This document shows positions 47,277 through 57,280 of a DNA stretch of 64,000 nucleotides, one piece after another (within the stretch, counting starts at the first letter, position 1; the number at the start of each line of letters is the position of its first letter). The notes below the pieces were generated by a model. The model had not been told where the DNA came from, did no database searches, and worked only from the letters and a program-made list of their open reading frames with translations. Made by a program: the position numbers and the translations under genes. This DNA comes from a virus: the UHGV virus genome UHGV-0170778. The stretch is one strand, 5' to 3'.

Positions 47277-48296
47277 ATGAGAAAAGTTATAAAATGCTCA
47301 ACTAGAATTGAAGCAGGAGTATTGCAGAAAATAAAAGAAAAGTTAAAGAAGTTAGGAACTAAGGTAAATAAATTCATATCCGGTCTACCAAATATCGGGA
47401 TTGAAGTCATTTCATCTAAGGTCAATGATGCAGAAGGTGTAGATTTGAAGCTTAGGATAAATGAAAACGAAGCTAATGTTACTTTGAACCCTACAGATAC
47501 AGAAAATGTAGTGAATGTTATTATCAAAGATAAGAATGGTTCAATTAAAACAGAAGTAGATAATGTAGACGAGGATAAAGTAGAAAGTCTATTACTTGAT
47601 AATTTTGATAAATTATTTGGGTACAATGAAGATGTAGAAGCTTGTGCATACATCAACTGCACATTATCTAAAACTAAAACAAAATCAGGATATAATATCA
47701 ATCTACATAAGATATCAGCAAGTTTAGATGTAAACCCTGAAGTTAATGTCGAATGCTTAAATGATCTATGTGCAGATACACAATTTTGCAATGAACTAAC
47801 AGAAACTCCTTCATCATATTCATTAGAATGTTATGATGACCATATTGACTGTTTTGAATGTGACGGAGTTGAAGAAGTAGATACAACAGAAAGCATTATA
47901 TTGCATCTGGTTCATTTTCATAATGTTATGGCCTTCGCACATTGGAATATAAGAGGATCTAACTTTTTTGAGTTACATGGCGTATTAGAAAACTACAAAT
48001 CACAGTCTAGCTTTGAATTAGATGAATTCATGGAACTCTATGCAGAAGCTCATACAGAAAAATGCACACCATATCCGTATGACATATATGAATGTCCATT
48101 TACAGCTAATGATTTTGAAGATTGTGATCAAAACAGAATTATGAAAGTAGTTCAAGAAGAATTAAGAAATCATGTAGACATTCTAGAGTTGTATTATTGC
48201 AATTATCCTTCTGATGTACAGAGCAGATTAGATGATATGATCAGATATTGGTCTAAAGAAGCAAATTATAAATTAGATCATACTATATGTGAGTAA
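47277..48296 (+). CDS. protein with C-terminal Dps/ferritin-like domain
   Basis: MAFAHWNIRGSNFFELHGVLENY ... ELDEFMELYAEAH matches the Dps helix-A signature (HWNVxGxxFFxLH) and downstream acidic metal-ligand region. The N-terminal approximately 200 aa is Cys-containing and unrelated. Confidence 0.5.
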   Translation: MRKVIKCSTRIEAGVLQKIKEKLKKLGTKVNKFISGLPNIGIEVISSKVNDAEGVDLKLRINENEANVTLNPTDTENVVNVIIKDKNGSIKTEVDNVDEDKVESLLLDNFDKLFGYNEDVEACAYINCTLSKTKTKSGYNINLHKISASLDVNPEVNVECLNDLCADTQFCNELTETPSSYSLECYDDHIDCFECDGVEEVDTTESIILHLVHFHNVMAFAHWNIRGSNFFELHGVLENYKSQSSFELDEFMELYAEAHTEKCTPYPYDIYECPFTANDFEDCDQNRIMKVVQEELRNHVDILELYYCNYPSDVQSRLDDMIRYWSKEANYKLDHTICE

Positions 48297-48341
48297 TCGT
48301 TATCAAATACGAAATATACATTAAACTTTGATGGTGTTCGT

Positions 48342-48764
48342 ATGTCTCTTGGAAATGACGAAAAAATAACAACATATATGCGACGATGTGATAATCCATA
48401 TATGCTTGTACGAAATATAGCAGAAATAGCACGAGAAAGGGCAGATGTAGTAGGAGATGGTGTTCACATCTCTGAATCAGATGCCCTTACTTGGGTTATA
48501 CAGAATAAAGAGCCTGAATTACTTCAAGAGTATAAAAAAGGAGAAGTAATGACAAAATCTCAGAAAAACAAAGAAATAGTAGATGAAACACTTTGCTATA
48601 TAGAAGATGCAGATATTCGTCTTGGTTATAAAAAGTCTATCATAGAATGCTTACAAAGGAAGAAAATTTATTTTGTATATCCTTCTGCTATCAATAAAGA
48701 TGAATCTAAGAAAGCAAGGATACGAATACTAGTTAAAATGACATTTGAGAAATTATACTTCTAA
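48342..48764 (+). CDS. hypothetical protein
   Basis: 140 aa. Confidence 0.4.
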   Translation: MSLGNDEKITTYMRRCDNPYMLVRNIAEIARERADVVGDGVHISESDALTWVIQNKEPELLQEYKKGEVMTKSQKNKEIVDETLCYIEDADIRLGYKKSIIECLQRKKIYFVYPSAINKDESKKARIRILVKMTFEKLYF

Positions 48765-48817
48765 ATTGAACATATACCTTATATAAACTTAGAATTTAAT
48801 ACAGAAAGGGTATGTTC

Positions 48818-49336
48818 ATGACTAAAGAAGCAAAAGAGAAGGAGTTAGTTGAAGAAAAACCTACTCCTGATGTAAAACCAGAAACTAAGAGCAGTAAAGA
48901 TGCTGTATCAAAGGTATCTGAAAAGAAGAAAACAACCGAAGATAAAATAGATACAACACCTAAAAAAGTTGAAGCTGAGAAGAAAGAAGATATAGCTGAA
49001 AAGCAAAAAGACAGTTTAGTACAGACAGAAACTGTGGATGACAAAAAACAGATAGTAGAAAATAAGATATCTGAAGCAGCTGTATGTTCCTCAATTGATC
49101 TTCTACCAGTAAATACTGGAGAAGAAATTAAATTTGCTGTAAGAGGAAAAGATTACAAACTACACATATATGATAACAGATTAGGTACACAAATCAAAAC
49201 TGTTGCATTTGGTGCTGTTACTGCTGTGATAAACAAAGACGAACCTTGCAATAAAGTATTGGTGTACGCAGATCCTAGTTGTTCTAAAGAAAGTATTCTT
49301 GGATGGGCAAACATCTCTGACTTAGTTGCTTTATAA
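48818..49336 (+). CDS. Lys/Glu-rich protein, hypothetical
   Basis: The start is probably the Met at MTKEAKEKE. A low-complexity charged N-terminal half is followed by a compact C-terminal domain. Confidence 0.4.
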   Translation: MTKEAKEKELVEEKPTPDVKPETKSSKDAVSKVSEKKKTTEDKIDTTPKKVEAEKKEDIAEKQKDSLVQTETVDDKKQIVENKISEAAVCSSIDLLPVNTGEEIKFAVRGKDYKLHIYDNRLGTQIKTVAFGAVTAVINKDEPCNKVLVYADPSCSKESILGWANISDLVAL

Positions 49337-49359
49337 ACAATTAAGGAGATGAAAAAGAA

Positions 49360-49995
49360 ATGTCAATCGGGGATATGATAAAAGCTGTTGCAGATAATGG
49401 AATAACTGTAGTTATATGTTCTGTTGCTATCTGGGTTGCATGCAAGCTAATTGGTATTGCTTTTAAGCGTATGAATACTAGATCTAACAACAAAAAGCAT
49501 GATAAACTGATAAATGTTAGAGATGAAGTAGGAAAAGAAATACAAATTCTATTAGATGAATTCATATCAAATTCAGGAGGAAGAAGTATACAAGTAATAG
49601 AATTTTCTAATTCAGTTACATCTGTAGCTTTTTTGCCTTTCCGATATATGACTTGTACATATGAATCTTGCAGATTTGGTGTACCAAGCATTGGAAACAA
49701 AATAGATCACATGTCTACTTCTTTATTTACACCATTTTTCAATGCTATGAAGAATAAACAGTATTGTGTATTTGATGTAAATTCAAAAGACACCCTAATG
49801 GGAGGGGCAATGTATGATTTGTTTTTGTCATTAGGAACATCTAAATCGTTATGTTCTATGCTTTTTACAGTAAAAGGAAAAGCTGTAGGGTACATAACAT
49901 TCCAGCGTGACGAACCCTTCACAGAAAAGGATATGGAAGGAATACAGTCATTATCTAAACAGATTCAAGCATTATTATGTGTATTAGATAATTAG
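49360..49995 (+). CDS. N-terminally membrane-anchored protein, lysis-module candidate
   Basis: One predicted TM segment (ITVVICSVAIWVACKLIGIAF) is followed by a 170-aa soluble domain. It lies directly upstream of the secreted hydrolase gene, AAGGAGAT RBS. Confidence 0.3.
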   Translation: MSIGDMIKAVADNGITVVICSVAIWVACKLIGIAFKRMNTRSNNKKHDKLINVRDEVGKEIQILLDEFISNSGGRSIQVIEFSNSVTSVAFLPFRYMTCTYESCRFGVPSIGNKIDHMSTSLFTPFFNAMKNKQYCVFDVNSKDTLMGGAMYDLFLSLGTSKSLCSMLFTVKGKAVGYITFQRDEPFTEKDMEGIQSLSKQIQALLCVLDN

Positions 49996-50011
49996 AAAGG
50001 AAATTCAAACC

Positions 50012-51628
50012 ATGAAAACCAAATGTAAATCTATTGTATGCATTAGTATGTCTATTCTGCTTATAGTTTGTTGCTTCTTTGGATGCACAACTAAGCAAGA
50101 AGAACCTACTACAACTCAGACTAGTACTACTCAAAAAGAAGGATCTGTTGTAATTTCTAATGAAGTTATATCAGATGTAGACAAAACTTTAAGAGACATC
50201 AAAGCCAATAAAGACTTGTCAACTAATGAACCTGTTTCTGGTTCAGAGTCGTCTGAATTGTCTATTGAAGCAGAAGAAGGAGTAGAATCTGATGCTGTTG
50301 TAGAGCAAGAAAACATTTCTTACGACGGAACAAATTCAGGGAATGGCAAAAAACTGCTTGGCAAATACCAAGGACTTACATATTACAACCAAGGTGACAG
50401 CCGCTGGGCTAATCGTCCTTATACTTCCTCTGGTAACAGATCACAGACCATTAAATCATCAGGTTGTGGACCTACATCTGCTGCAATGGTAATAAGCTCA
50501 TCAAAAGGTGCTATTTTACCAACAACAACTGCAAATCTTTTTGTTTCTAATGGTTATAGAACAAAAAACAACGGAACGGCTTGGGCATGTTGGTCATTTG
50601 TAGCTGATTATTTTGGGTTCAAAGAATATCATACAACTACTAATTTCAACAAAGCATTATCTTACTTGAAAACAGACAAAGATAAAAATGGTATTTCTGA
50701 TTACTTTGTTGTAGTTTCTGTTAACTCTGGACTTTGGACAACCGGTGGACATTACATCGTGCTTATCGGACATTCAGGAAAAACAATTACTGTATATGAC
50801 CCATATCTGTATGCTGGTAAATACAAAACAGCTTCTAGAAAAGCTGCAAAAGTAAAAGTTGTAGGAAATTCTGCATATGTTAGCGAAGCTAGTTTCAAAA
50901 AGTATTCAAATGCAGTTAAATATTGGGTATTCAGCAATGACCAGACCGGTAAAGCACCTAAGGTAACTAAAGTAAATTATGTTAGATATGTAGCTACATC
51001 TGAATCAGTATTGAATGTTAGAAATACATATTCTAATTCAGGTAAGATAGTAGGTACAGTGAAAAAAGGTGAAAAAGTTAAAGTATCTGCTATATGTAAT
51101 GGGTACAGTCAAATTGGTTCAAATAGATGGGTTTCTTCTAAGTACCTAACATCTACTAATCCTAATGCAAAACCTGCAAAGAAGCCTGCAGCTAAGCCAA
51201 AATATATTACAGAAGTAGGTAAAACATATAAATTTGCAAAAGATACAGTTCTTTATTCTAAATCAAATCTTTCAGGTACAAAGTACCAATACAAGAAAGG
51301 TACTTCTGCAAAAGTTAAAAAGCATATATCTGAAAAAGTAGATTATGTTTTAATTCCTGCTACAGGAAGATCCGCTTACATTAAATCATCAGATTTGAAA
51401 GCTAACAGTTCTACTAAATCAAAGAAGAAATCTACTGTAGGAAAAACAAAAACACTTAAATCAGATAGAACATTGTATTCTAAATCAAACTTATCTGGTA
51501 CAAAATATCAATATAAGAAAGGCACAACAGTTACAATTTTGAAGAATGTGTCTTCTAAAGTAGATAAAGTTAAAGTTAAAACAACTGGTAGAGTAGCTTA
51601 CATTGATTCAACAAAGAGCTATAAGTGA
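50012..51628 (+). CDS. secreted/lipoprotein cell-wall hydrolase candidate (papain-fold peptidase + 2 SH3b-like repeats)
   Basis: Signal peptide with a lipobox-like LIVCCFFGC. Acidic linker. SSGCGPTSAAMVISS is like the C39-type Cys-peptidase nucleophile region. Two approximately 70-aa C-terminal repeats (K..YK.AKDTVLYSKSNLSGTKYQYKKGT...V) are like SH3b wall-binding modules. Confidence 0.5.
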   Translation: MKTKCKSIVCISMSILLIVCCFFGCTTKQEEPTTTQTSTTQKEGSVVISNEVISDVDKTLRDIKANKDLSTNEPVSGSESSELSIEAEEGVESDAVVEQENISYDGTNSGNGKKLLGKYQGLTYYNQGDSRWANRPYTSSGNRSQTIKSSGCGPTSAAMVISSSKGAILPTTTANLFVSNGYRTKNNGTAWACWSFVADYFGFKEYHTTTNFNKALSYLKTDKDKNGISDYFVVVSVNSGLWTTGGHYIVLIGHSGKTITVYDPYLYAGKYKTASRKAAKVKVVGNSAYVSEASFKKYSNAVKYWVFSNDQTGKAPKVTKVNYVRYVATSESVLNVRNTYSNSGKIVGTVKKGEKVKVSAICNGYSQIGSNRWVSSKYLTSTNPNAKPAKKPAAKPKYITEVGKTYKFAKDTVLYSKSNLSGTKYQYKKGTSAKVKKHISEKVDYVLIPATGRSAYIKSSDLKANSSTKSKKKSTVGKTKTLKSDRTLYSKSNLSGTKYQYKKGTTVTILKNVSSKVDKVKVKTTGRVAYIDSTKSYK

Positions 51629-51714
51629 TTGATATTTGTTTTTGAGAACATAATAAATCAATAATATACCAAAGAGGTGTTACAATAGTTCCTTTTGATG
51701 TATAATTCGATAAT

Positions 51715-51746
51715 AGTGCTGAGAGAAATCTCGGCACTATTTTTAT
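51715..51746 (+). terminator. rho-independent terminator after the hydrolase gene
   Basis: agtgctgaga-GAAA-tctcggcact (10-bp stem with one G.U, GNRA loop) followed by atttttatg. It lies inside the N-terminus of track ORF 51695..52165. Confidence 0.55.
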
Positions 51747-51793
51747 GTTTAGATAGACCATATTTCGTTAATAAATATGAAGGAGTGGTTATA

Positions 51794-52165
51794 TTGAAAT
51801 TTGAAGTTTATAATTCTGAAAACAAGATTATGGAATGGACAGAAGACTTTGAATGTATTAAAGACAGTTATCAAAAAGGTCATTTAGCTGAAATGCGAAA
51901 GCAGAAATGGAAATTCAAACTAGACGGAAAATTGATTTCATATCCACAAATTGAGGATATGATACTTAGAAATATATGTAAGAAAGATTACAAACCAGCG
52001 CCAAAAAAGAAAGTACGAAAAATACTGTGTAAAAATAATAACACTACATACAACAACATGAGCGAATGTGCAAAAGATCTTGGTTTTGATCCAGCTGCTA
52101 TTTCATATGTTATGAAGAAAGGTACAAATGAATACAAAGGATATAAATTTGAATTCGTCGAATAA
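51794..52165 (+). CDS. small protein with C-terminal HTH-like motif
   Basis: Start moved to a TTG that has a GAAGGAGTGG RBS, downstream of the terminator (alternative start at the ATG at 51830). C-terminal NNMSECAKDLGFDPAAISYVMKKG is HTH-like, as in endonuclease-associated DNA-binding modules. Confidence 0.35.
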   Translation: MKFEVYNSENKIMEWTEDFECIKDSYQKGHLAEMRKQKWKFKLDGKLISYPQIEDMILRNICKKDYKPAPKKKVRKILCKNNNTTYNNMSECAKDLGFDPAAISYVMKKGTNEYKGYKFEFVE

Positions 52166-52166
52166 T

Positions 52167-52346
52167 ATGCCTAAGGAATTAGCAAAACTGCTTGCTGTAG
52201 GCGTTATGTATACTTTGAATGGTATTCCTAAAGATCTATACGAAACAGTGTATGCAAAATTGATAACCGGAGACTATGAAGAATTACTAGACATCTTGGT
52301 ATGCTATTCTAGATCACCACAAGAGGAGACGTATTACATTCAATGA
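52167..52346 (+). CDS. hypothetical small protein
   Basis: 59 aa from MPKELAKLL. The track ORF 52128..52346 overlaps the previous gene. Confidence 0.3.
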   Translation: MPKELAKLLAVGVMYTLNGIPKDLYETVYAKLITGDYEELLDILVCYSRSPQEETYYIQ

Positions 52347-54151
52347 ATAAAATAAATGTAATAGAATCAGATAATGTTTATGAAATCTCTTTCCAATATG
52401 ATCCTAATGTTATTGAATTGATCAAAAATGTTCCTGGAAGACGATGGAATTCTGAAGAAAAATTATGGACAATACCATCATCTAATCTAGGAATGTTACT
52501 CAATCAATTCAAAGGCACTATGTATGAACATTCATTGAACATCTATTCAAGTGAAAATATAGATGTAACTCCTTCTTTAGATGTTAGCGTAAAAATACCT
52601 GATGTAGACATATCTGATTTTGAATTTCAAGTTGCAGAAGGAATGCATCCATACAAACACCAATTAGATTTTATCAAATACGCGTCTAATAAAGAGGGCA
52701 AAGGATTTTTACTTGGAGATGATATGAGACTTGGCAAGAGTCTAGAAGTATTGAATCTTGCCCTTTATAGAAAACAACATAACTCAAAGTTCAAGCGATG
52801 TCTAATTATATGCAACATAGCAACATCTAGATTCAATTGGATCGATGATATAAACAAACACATCCATTCTGAAGAATGCGGATATATACTAGGATCTAGA
52901 ATAAAGAGAAATGGAGATATAACATACAAAGATAGCAAAGAGAAGTTAGAAGATCTGGAATTAAATAGAACTTATGGAAAGAAAGGGTCAGACCCACTAC
53001 CTTTCTATATAATAACAAATGTAGAATCAATAAGATATAAAGCAGGAAAGTCATATCCTATTGCTGAAGCTATCATAGATATGGTGAATGCAGGTGAGAT
53101 AAACATGATCGCAATTGATGAAGTTCATGTAAATATGTCACCTCAATCAATGCAAGGTAAAGTAATCAGCAAAATATTCAATGATACTTTAGGTAATGTA
53201 GAATGGATACCTATGTCAGGTACTCCTATAACTAAATCGCCTATAGATCTTTATTTACCTTTGAAGTTAGTTAAGGGGCATTCATTCAAAAGTTACTGGG
53301 CATGGTGCCAACATTATTGTATCTATGGTGGGTATGGAAACCATGATATAATAAGCTTCAAGAATATTCCTGAAATTAAAATCATGCTTCAAATGAATAT
53401 GCTTCGTAGACTTAAATCACAAGTACATGATATGCCGCCTAAAAATAGAATAATTGAATATGTCGAAAACACAGAATATCAAAAGAAGTTATATAAAGAG
53501 CATCAATTGGATTTGATGAGTAGACGAGAAGCTATAATCAACAGTATGAATCCAATGACGGAATTACTGATTCTTCGACAAATCAATGGTAGTCCTGAAT
53601 TAGTAGACACAGATATAGAAATTGATACTAATTATGTAAAATATAATGCTAAATTGCAGAGATTACTTGATCTTATCCACGAGATAGTCGATATTAGACA
53701 GGAAAAAGTAATAATATACTCTAATTGGGTGAAGCCTCTTCAAACCTTGTATAAGTTTATCTCAAAGGAACACAAAGTGTGCTGTTTTACAGGGACAATG
53801 AAAGAAGAAGTAAGGCAGAAACATAAAAGAGTATTTATCAATAATCCTAACTATAAAATATTGATAGGTACTATTGGTGCTTTGGGAACAGCTCATACAC
53901 TTACTGTTGCAAACAATGTAATATTCTATGACGAACCTTGGAACCCAGATATACGGACACAAGCAGAAGATAGAATATACGGTTTGAATACAACAAAAAC
54001 AGCTAATATATACACAATTTTAACTAAAGACACTGTAGATGACAGAGTCCACAATATATTAGCAAACAAACAAATGATATCAGACTATATGATTGATGGA
54101 GATATGTCTATTCGTAAAAATCCACAATTATTTGATATGTTATTGAGGTGA
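52343..54151 (+). CDS. SNF2-family DNA-dependent ATPase/helicase
   Basis: Motif I GFLLGDDMRLGKSLE. Motif II IAIDEVHV. The C-terminal helicase lobe (VIFYDEPWNPDIRTQAEDRIYGLNTTK) is typical of SNF2/Rad54-like proteins. Confidence 0.75.
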   Translation: MNKINVIESDNVYEISFQYDPNVIELIKNVPGRRWNSEEKLWTIPSSNLGMLLNQFKGTMYEHSLNIYSSENIDVTPSLDVSVKIPDVDISDFEFQVAEGMHPYKHQLDFIKYASNKEGKGFLLGDDMRLGKSLEVLNLALYRKQHNSKFKRCLIICNIATSRFNWIDDINKHIHSEECGYILGSRIKRNGDITYKDSKEKLEDLELNRTYGKKGSDPLPFYIITNVESIRYKAGKSYPIAEAIIDMVNAGEINMIAIDEVHVNMSPQSMQGKVISKIFNDTLGNVEWIPMSGTPITKSPIDLYLPLKLVKGHSFKSYWAWCQHYCIYGGYGNHDIISFKNIPEIKIMLQMNMLRRLKSQVHDMPPKNRIIEYVENTEYQKKLYKEHQLDLMSRREAIINSMNPMTELLILRQINGSPELVDTDIEIDTNYVKYNAKLQRLLDLIHEIVDIRQEKVIIYSNWVKPLQTLYKFISKEHKVCCFTGTMKEEVRQKHKRVFINNPNYKILIGTIGALGTAHTLTVANNVIFYDEPWNPDIRTQAEDRIYGLNTTKTANIYTILTKDTVDDRVHNILANKQMISDYMIDGDMSIRKNPQLFDMLLR

Positions 54152-54155
54152 TAAA

Positions 54156-54425
54156 ATGAAAAAGTTAATTCTTTCTTCTACAAAGATTGAAGCAAAAACA
54201 GATCTAGATGAAAACCTTCAGTTGCAGATTGATGATGTCAAAGATAATTTTGACTACGCAATTGACGGCATTGTAAAGATATCTAAAGAAAGTAAAGATG
54301 GTTTGAATAAAGCAAATCAGATCATTTTGAAATTAGCAGAAGGCGTTGAAGCTGCAAATAAACAAGTAGCTGGAGCTATTTCTGGTTCAAATTCAGCAGA
54401 AGGAGTCAAGAATAATGAATATTAA
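54156..54425 (+). CDS. hypothetical small protein
   Basis: 89 aa. Confidence 0.4.
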   Translation: MKKLILSSTKIEAKTDLDENLQLQIDDVKDNFDYAIDGIVKISKESKDGLNKANQIILKLAEGVEAANKQVAGAISGSNSAEGVKNNEY

Positions 54426-55350
54426 GAAGAAGTCTAAAGGTACACCAGAACAAATGCTTGAAGCATTTGAAAATAAAATCAATGAGTTAGAAGGTAATGC
54501 TTCTATCGAAAGTTCTGTAGATGTGCTAGGTACAAATAATGACGATAATATTGGAAGATGGGCTCAAATTGATTTAAACGCAGAAGATGAATATAAATAC
54601 TCAGGAAATTTAGGTCGTAGTTGGGTTAGTGTTGATTCTGACGCAATTGATATTTGGCCATCTAAAGAAGCTGCAATTGAAAACGGCAAGTCTTCATTTA
54701 AACGCAATTATAAATACGGTAGAGATTGGGATGTTGTAAACATTGATGATGTTGTAGATATTACATCTGCAGATGCAGCTATTGACACAGATTATCTCGA
54801 AAAATTATGTGAATATGTAACTGCTGATCTAGATGATGCAGGTTATGAAGCAGTTGCTCGTGTTGAAGGCGAGTACATTGTAATTGAATCAATGTATGAT
54901 GCAGATAGCAGATATGTCCAGCCTATTGATGATATTGAACCTAATTGGGATGGCTTGAATGACGATGCTGCAGAACTCGCAGACGCATATATGGACGAGT
55001 ATCCTGATTCTGAAGGTTACACCTCTTTTCAGGCTTGGTATAATAAAAACTATGCAACTGATATGACTCAAATGGATTACTTCTTGGATCGAGCAGAAGA
55101 CCTAGCAATGTATTATGATGAGGATGAGCTTCCGCTTGAGAAACTACCCGAAATTGCAAAGAGATGGGCGGAGATTGCAAAGGAAAAATCTTGGAGCGGG
55201 GCTTGGAACTATCCAGGTCTTTGGCATAATTATAGTGATGAGCTGAATGATATTCGCGAAGACTTATATGACGAGCTTGAGAGAGACGGATATCCGGATT
55301 GTTACTTCCGACAAGCTGCAGAAGAAGTATTAGGACATCGATTAAGTTAA
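54415..55350 (+). CDS. highly acidic protein
   Basis: 311 aa, D/E/Y-rich. Confidence 0.45.
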   Translation: MNIKKKSKGTPEQMLEAFENKINELEGNASIESSVDVLGTNNDDNIGRWAQIDLNAEDEYKYSGNLGRSWVSVDSDAIDIWPSKEAAIENGKSSFKRNYKYGRDWDVVNIDDVVDITSADAAIDTDYLEKLCEYVTADLDDAGYEAVARVEGEYIVIESMYDADSRYVQPIDDIEPNWDGLNDDAAELADAYMDEYPDSEGYTSFQAWYNKNYATDMTQMDYFLDRAEDLAMYYDEDELPLEKLPEIAKRWAEIAKEKSWSGAWNYPGLWHNYSDELNDIREDLYDELERDGYPDCYFRQAAEEVLGHRLS

Positions 55351-55457
55351 TTGGTGAAAATGGAGCAATCGAAGTTGAATATCAATAATATACTTCAGTC
55401 AGATGCTAACAACACTATTACGGAAATTTACTTTAAGGCTAAGGAGCAAGAGTTCTT

Positions 55458-55859
55458 ATGAAAAGATATATCAAAAGTGCTACACAAGAAAAAGCGTTTA
55501 CAAAAGATGGACGAATTGAATTGCCCAAAAATATATCCACAATCATAGAAAGCACGATGCCGTCTCTCGATAATGTAGTATTTACTTATAATATTGATGA
55601 AGACAGCATATATTTACGTGCAGATTTGTCAGATGAGTTTGATTATGAATATGAAGACAAGGAATTAGAGCTAGACGCTAGATTTGCAATAGAGGATTGG
55701 GCAGATGCAATTGCAAATAGCGTAGACGATGAAAAATTAAAGGAGTGTATACTTCGAAGCATAAAATCTGATTGGTATTCTGGAATGACTTTCTATGGCG
55801 GAGGGGATAGACCTTTCACATATGCGGGGTTCGAATATCCAATATATTTAGAAATTTAA
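55458..55859 (+). CDS. hypothetical protein
   Basis: 133 aa, AAGGAG RBS. Confidence 0.45.
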   Translation: MKRYIKSATQEKAFTKDGRIELPKNISTIIESTMPSLDNVVFTYNIDEDSIYLRADLSDEFDYEYEDKELELDARFAIEDWADAIANSVDDEKLKECILRSIKSDWYSGMTFYGGGDRPFTYAGFEYPIYLEI

Positions 55860-55880
55860 AACATAGAATTATACAATATA

Positions 55881-56165
55881 ATGAACATTTTACTAGGTTA
55901 TGTATTTAAATGGAGTGAAGTTGGTCCTACAGTTAGGGTTAGAAACGATTTAAGTGTTGCTAAACAGTATTCTAATCTATCTAGTGCTAAAAGAGCGTTA
56001 GCTCATATCAATTACTACAATAAAATTTACCTTTATGACGATACCTCAGAATTTCCTGTTGTACAATATGTAAAGGAAAATATACTTCAAAATTACAAAA
56101 GACATAATGTATCGGGTAATTTTGAAGATGTAAGTAAATGTAAATTAGAGGTGGTAGAATTATGA
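55881..56165 (+). CDS. hypothetical protein
   Basis: 94 aa. Confidence 0.4.
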   Translation: MNILLGYVFKWSEVGPTVRVRNDLSVAKQYSNLSSAKRALAHINYYNKIYLYDDTSEFPVVQYVKENILQNYKRHNVSGNFEDVSKCKLEVVEL

Positions 56166-56461
56166 AAAGAATGATTAAAGCAAGTTATAATAAAGTCAAT
56201 ACATTGAATTTTGTATTAGATGAGAATGAAAGGGAGCGATATATTCATACACTTATTGGTGAAATACAAGATATATTGTTTCATTCAAAAGGTATGAAAG
56301 CTGAAATTTATGACATAGATTATAATCTGATTATTGATATTCTTGGTGTTTCTGATAAAGATATCATTGATACAATTACAATTCCTTATAGTGATATCAT
56401 ATATGATTGGGATGATGTCTATTTTGCAGCAACTAAAATTGTTGAAACTATAATGGAATAG
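56162..56461 (+). CDS. hypothetical protein
   Basis: 99 aa, ATGA overlap. Confidence 0.4.
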   Translation: MKRMIKASYNKVNTLNFVLDENERERYIHTLIGEIQDILFHSKGMKAEIYDIDYNLIIDILGVSDKDIIDTITIPYSDIIYDWDDVYFAATKIVETIME

Positions 56462-56471
56462 GATTTATATT

Positions 56472-56999
56472 GTGCATATAACAGATACACTTGGAAAAGA
56501 TGCAGAAAAGAAAATAAAAGAGTGGTTAGACCGTCCTGAAAACGGATATTGCTTTGATAGAATTCCTGACCAACTTTCAGGATTTTATGGAAGTTCTAAT
56601 ATATGCGATTTCACTTTATTCAAATATCCTGAAATGTATTATATAGAAAGCAAAGCTACTTACAATGCTAGATTTGATTTCAGTATGATATCAGATAATC
56701 AGTTTCAAGGATTGCTAACAAAATCTCAGATTGATCATGTGAATGGACTAATAGCTATTCTATTTGCTTCATACAAGAGAGCATTTATCTTAGATATAAA
56801 TCAAATAAAATCTATAATAGATTCAGGTAAAAAATCTATAAATATAGATAAGATAGACAAATGGGATTTCAAATATGGAGAAATACCTACTATACCTAAC
56901 AATAGAAAAAAGCTTCTGGACTATTCAGGTGAGATAGAAGAAGTTTGGAAAACAGCAAAATTACAACATAAAGGAGAAACTTATGAAGAAATATGTTAA
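56472..56999 (+). CDS. PD-(D/E)xK nuclease, Hjc-type Holliday junction resolvase-like
   Basis: GSSNICDFTLFKYPEMYYIESKAT fits S...D-(hydrophobic)-x(n)-E-x-K of archaeal-type Hjc resolvases. Confidence 0.4.
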   Translation: MHITDTLGKDAEKKIKEWLDRPENGYCFDRIPDQLSGFYGSSNICDFTLFKYPEMYYIESKATYNARFDFSMISDNQFQGLLTKSQIDHVNGLIAILFASYKRAFILDINQIKSIIDSGKKSINIDKIDKWDFKYGEIPTIPNNRKKLLDYSGEIEEVWKTAKLQHKGETYEEIC

Positions 57000-57237
57000 A
57001 GCGCAGAAAAGTAAGCAAGATATTTATACTAATCTGAAAGATAACTTGGAAAACGAACTATTATCTGAATTTGAAGATAATTTAGCTTTAGTTATGAATA
57101 ATAAAGACGGATATGATGCAGACTATGCGCCAGGTGATTATGGATCTCATCCAGATTTAGAAAAACATGTAGACGAAGCTAGAAATGAGTATTTATCTGC
57201 ATTAGCACATCTAATGTTAGCAGAATATACAGAATAA
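56983..57237 (+). CDS. hypothetical small protein
   Basis: 84 aa. Confidence 0.4.
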   Translation: MKKYVKAQKSKQDIYTNLKDNLENELLSEFEDNLALVMNNKDGYDADYAPGDYGSHPDLEKHVDEARNEYLSALAHLMLAEYTE

Positions 57238-57280
57238 AGTTTGTATTTTTGCATGTATTAAATAAAATACATAAATCAGA

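Noticed and set aside
47042-47791. 249-aa minus-strand ORF opposite 46815..47180 and 47277..48296
   Set aside because: It completely overlaps two well-supported + strand genes that have RBS sites. It is low complexity (S/L/T-rich) and has no RBS. The openness of the antisense frame is probably a side-effect of the sense-strand sequence, where stop-codon complements are rare.
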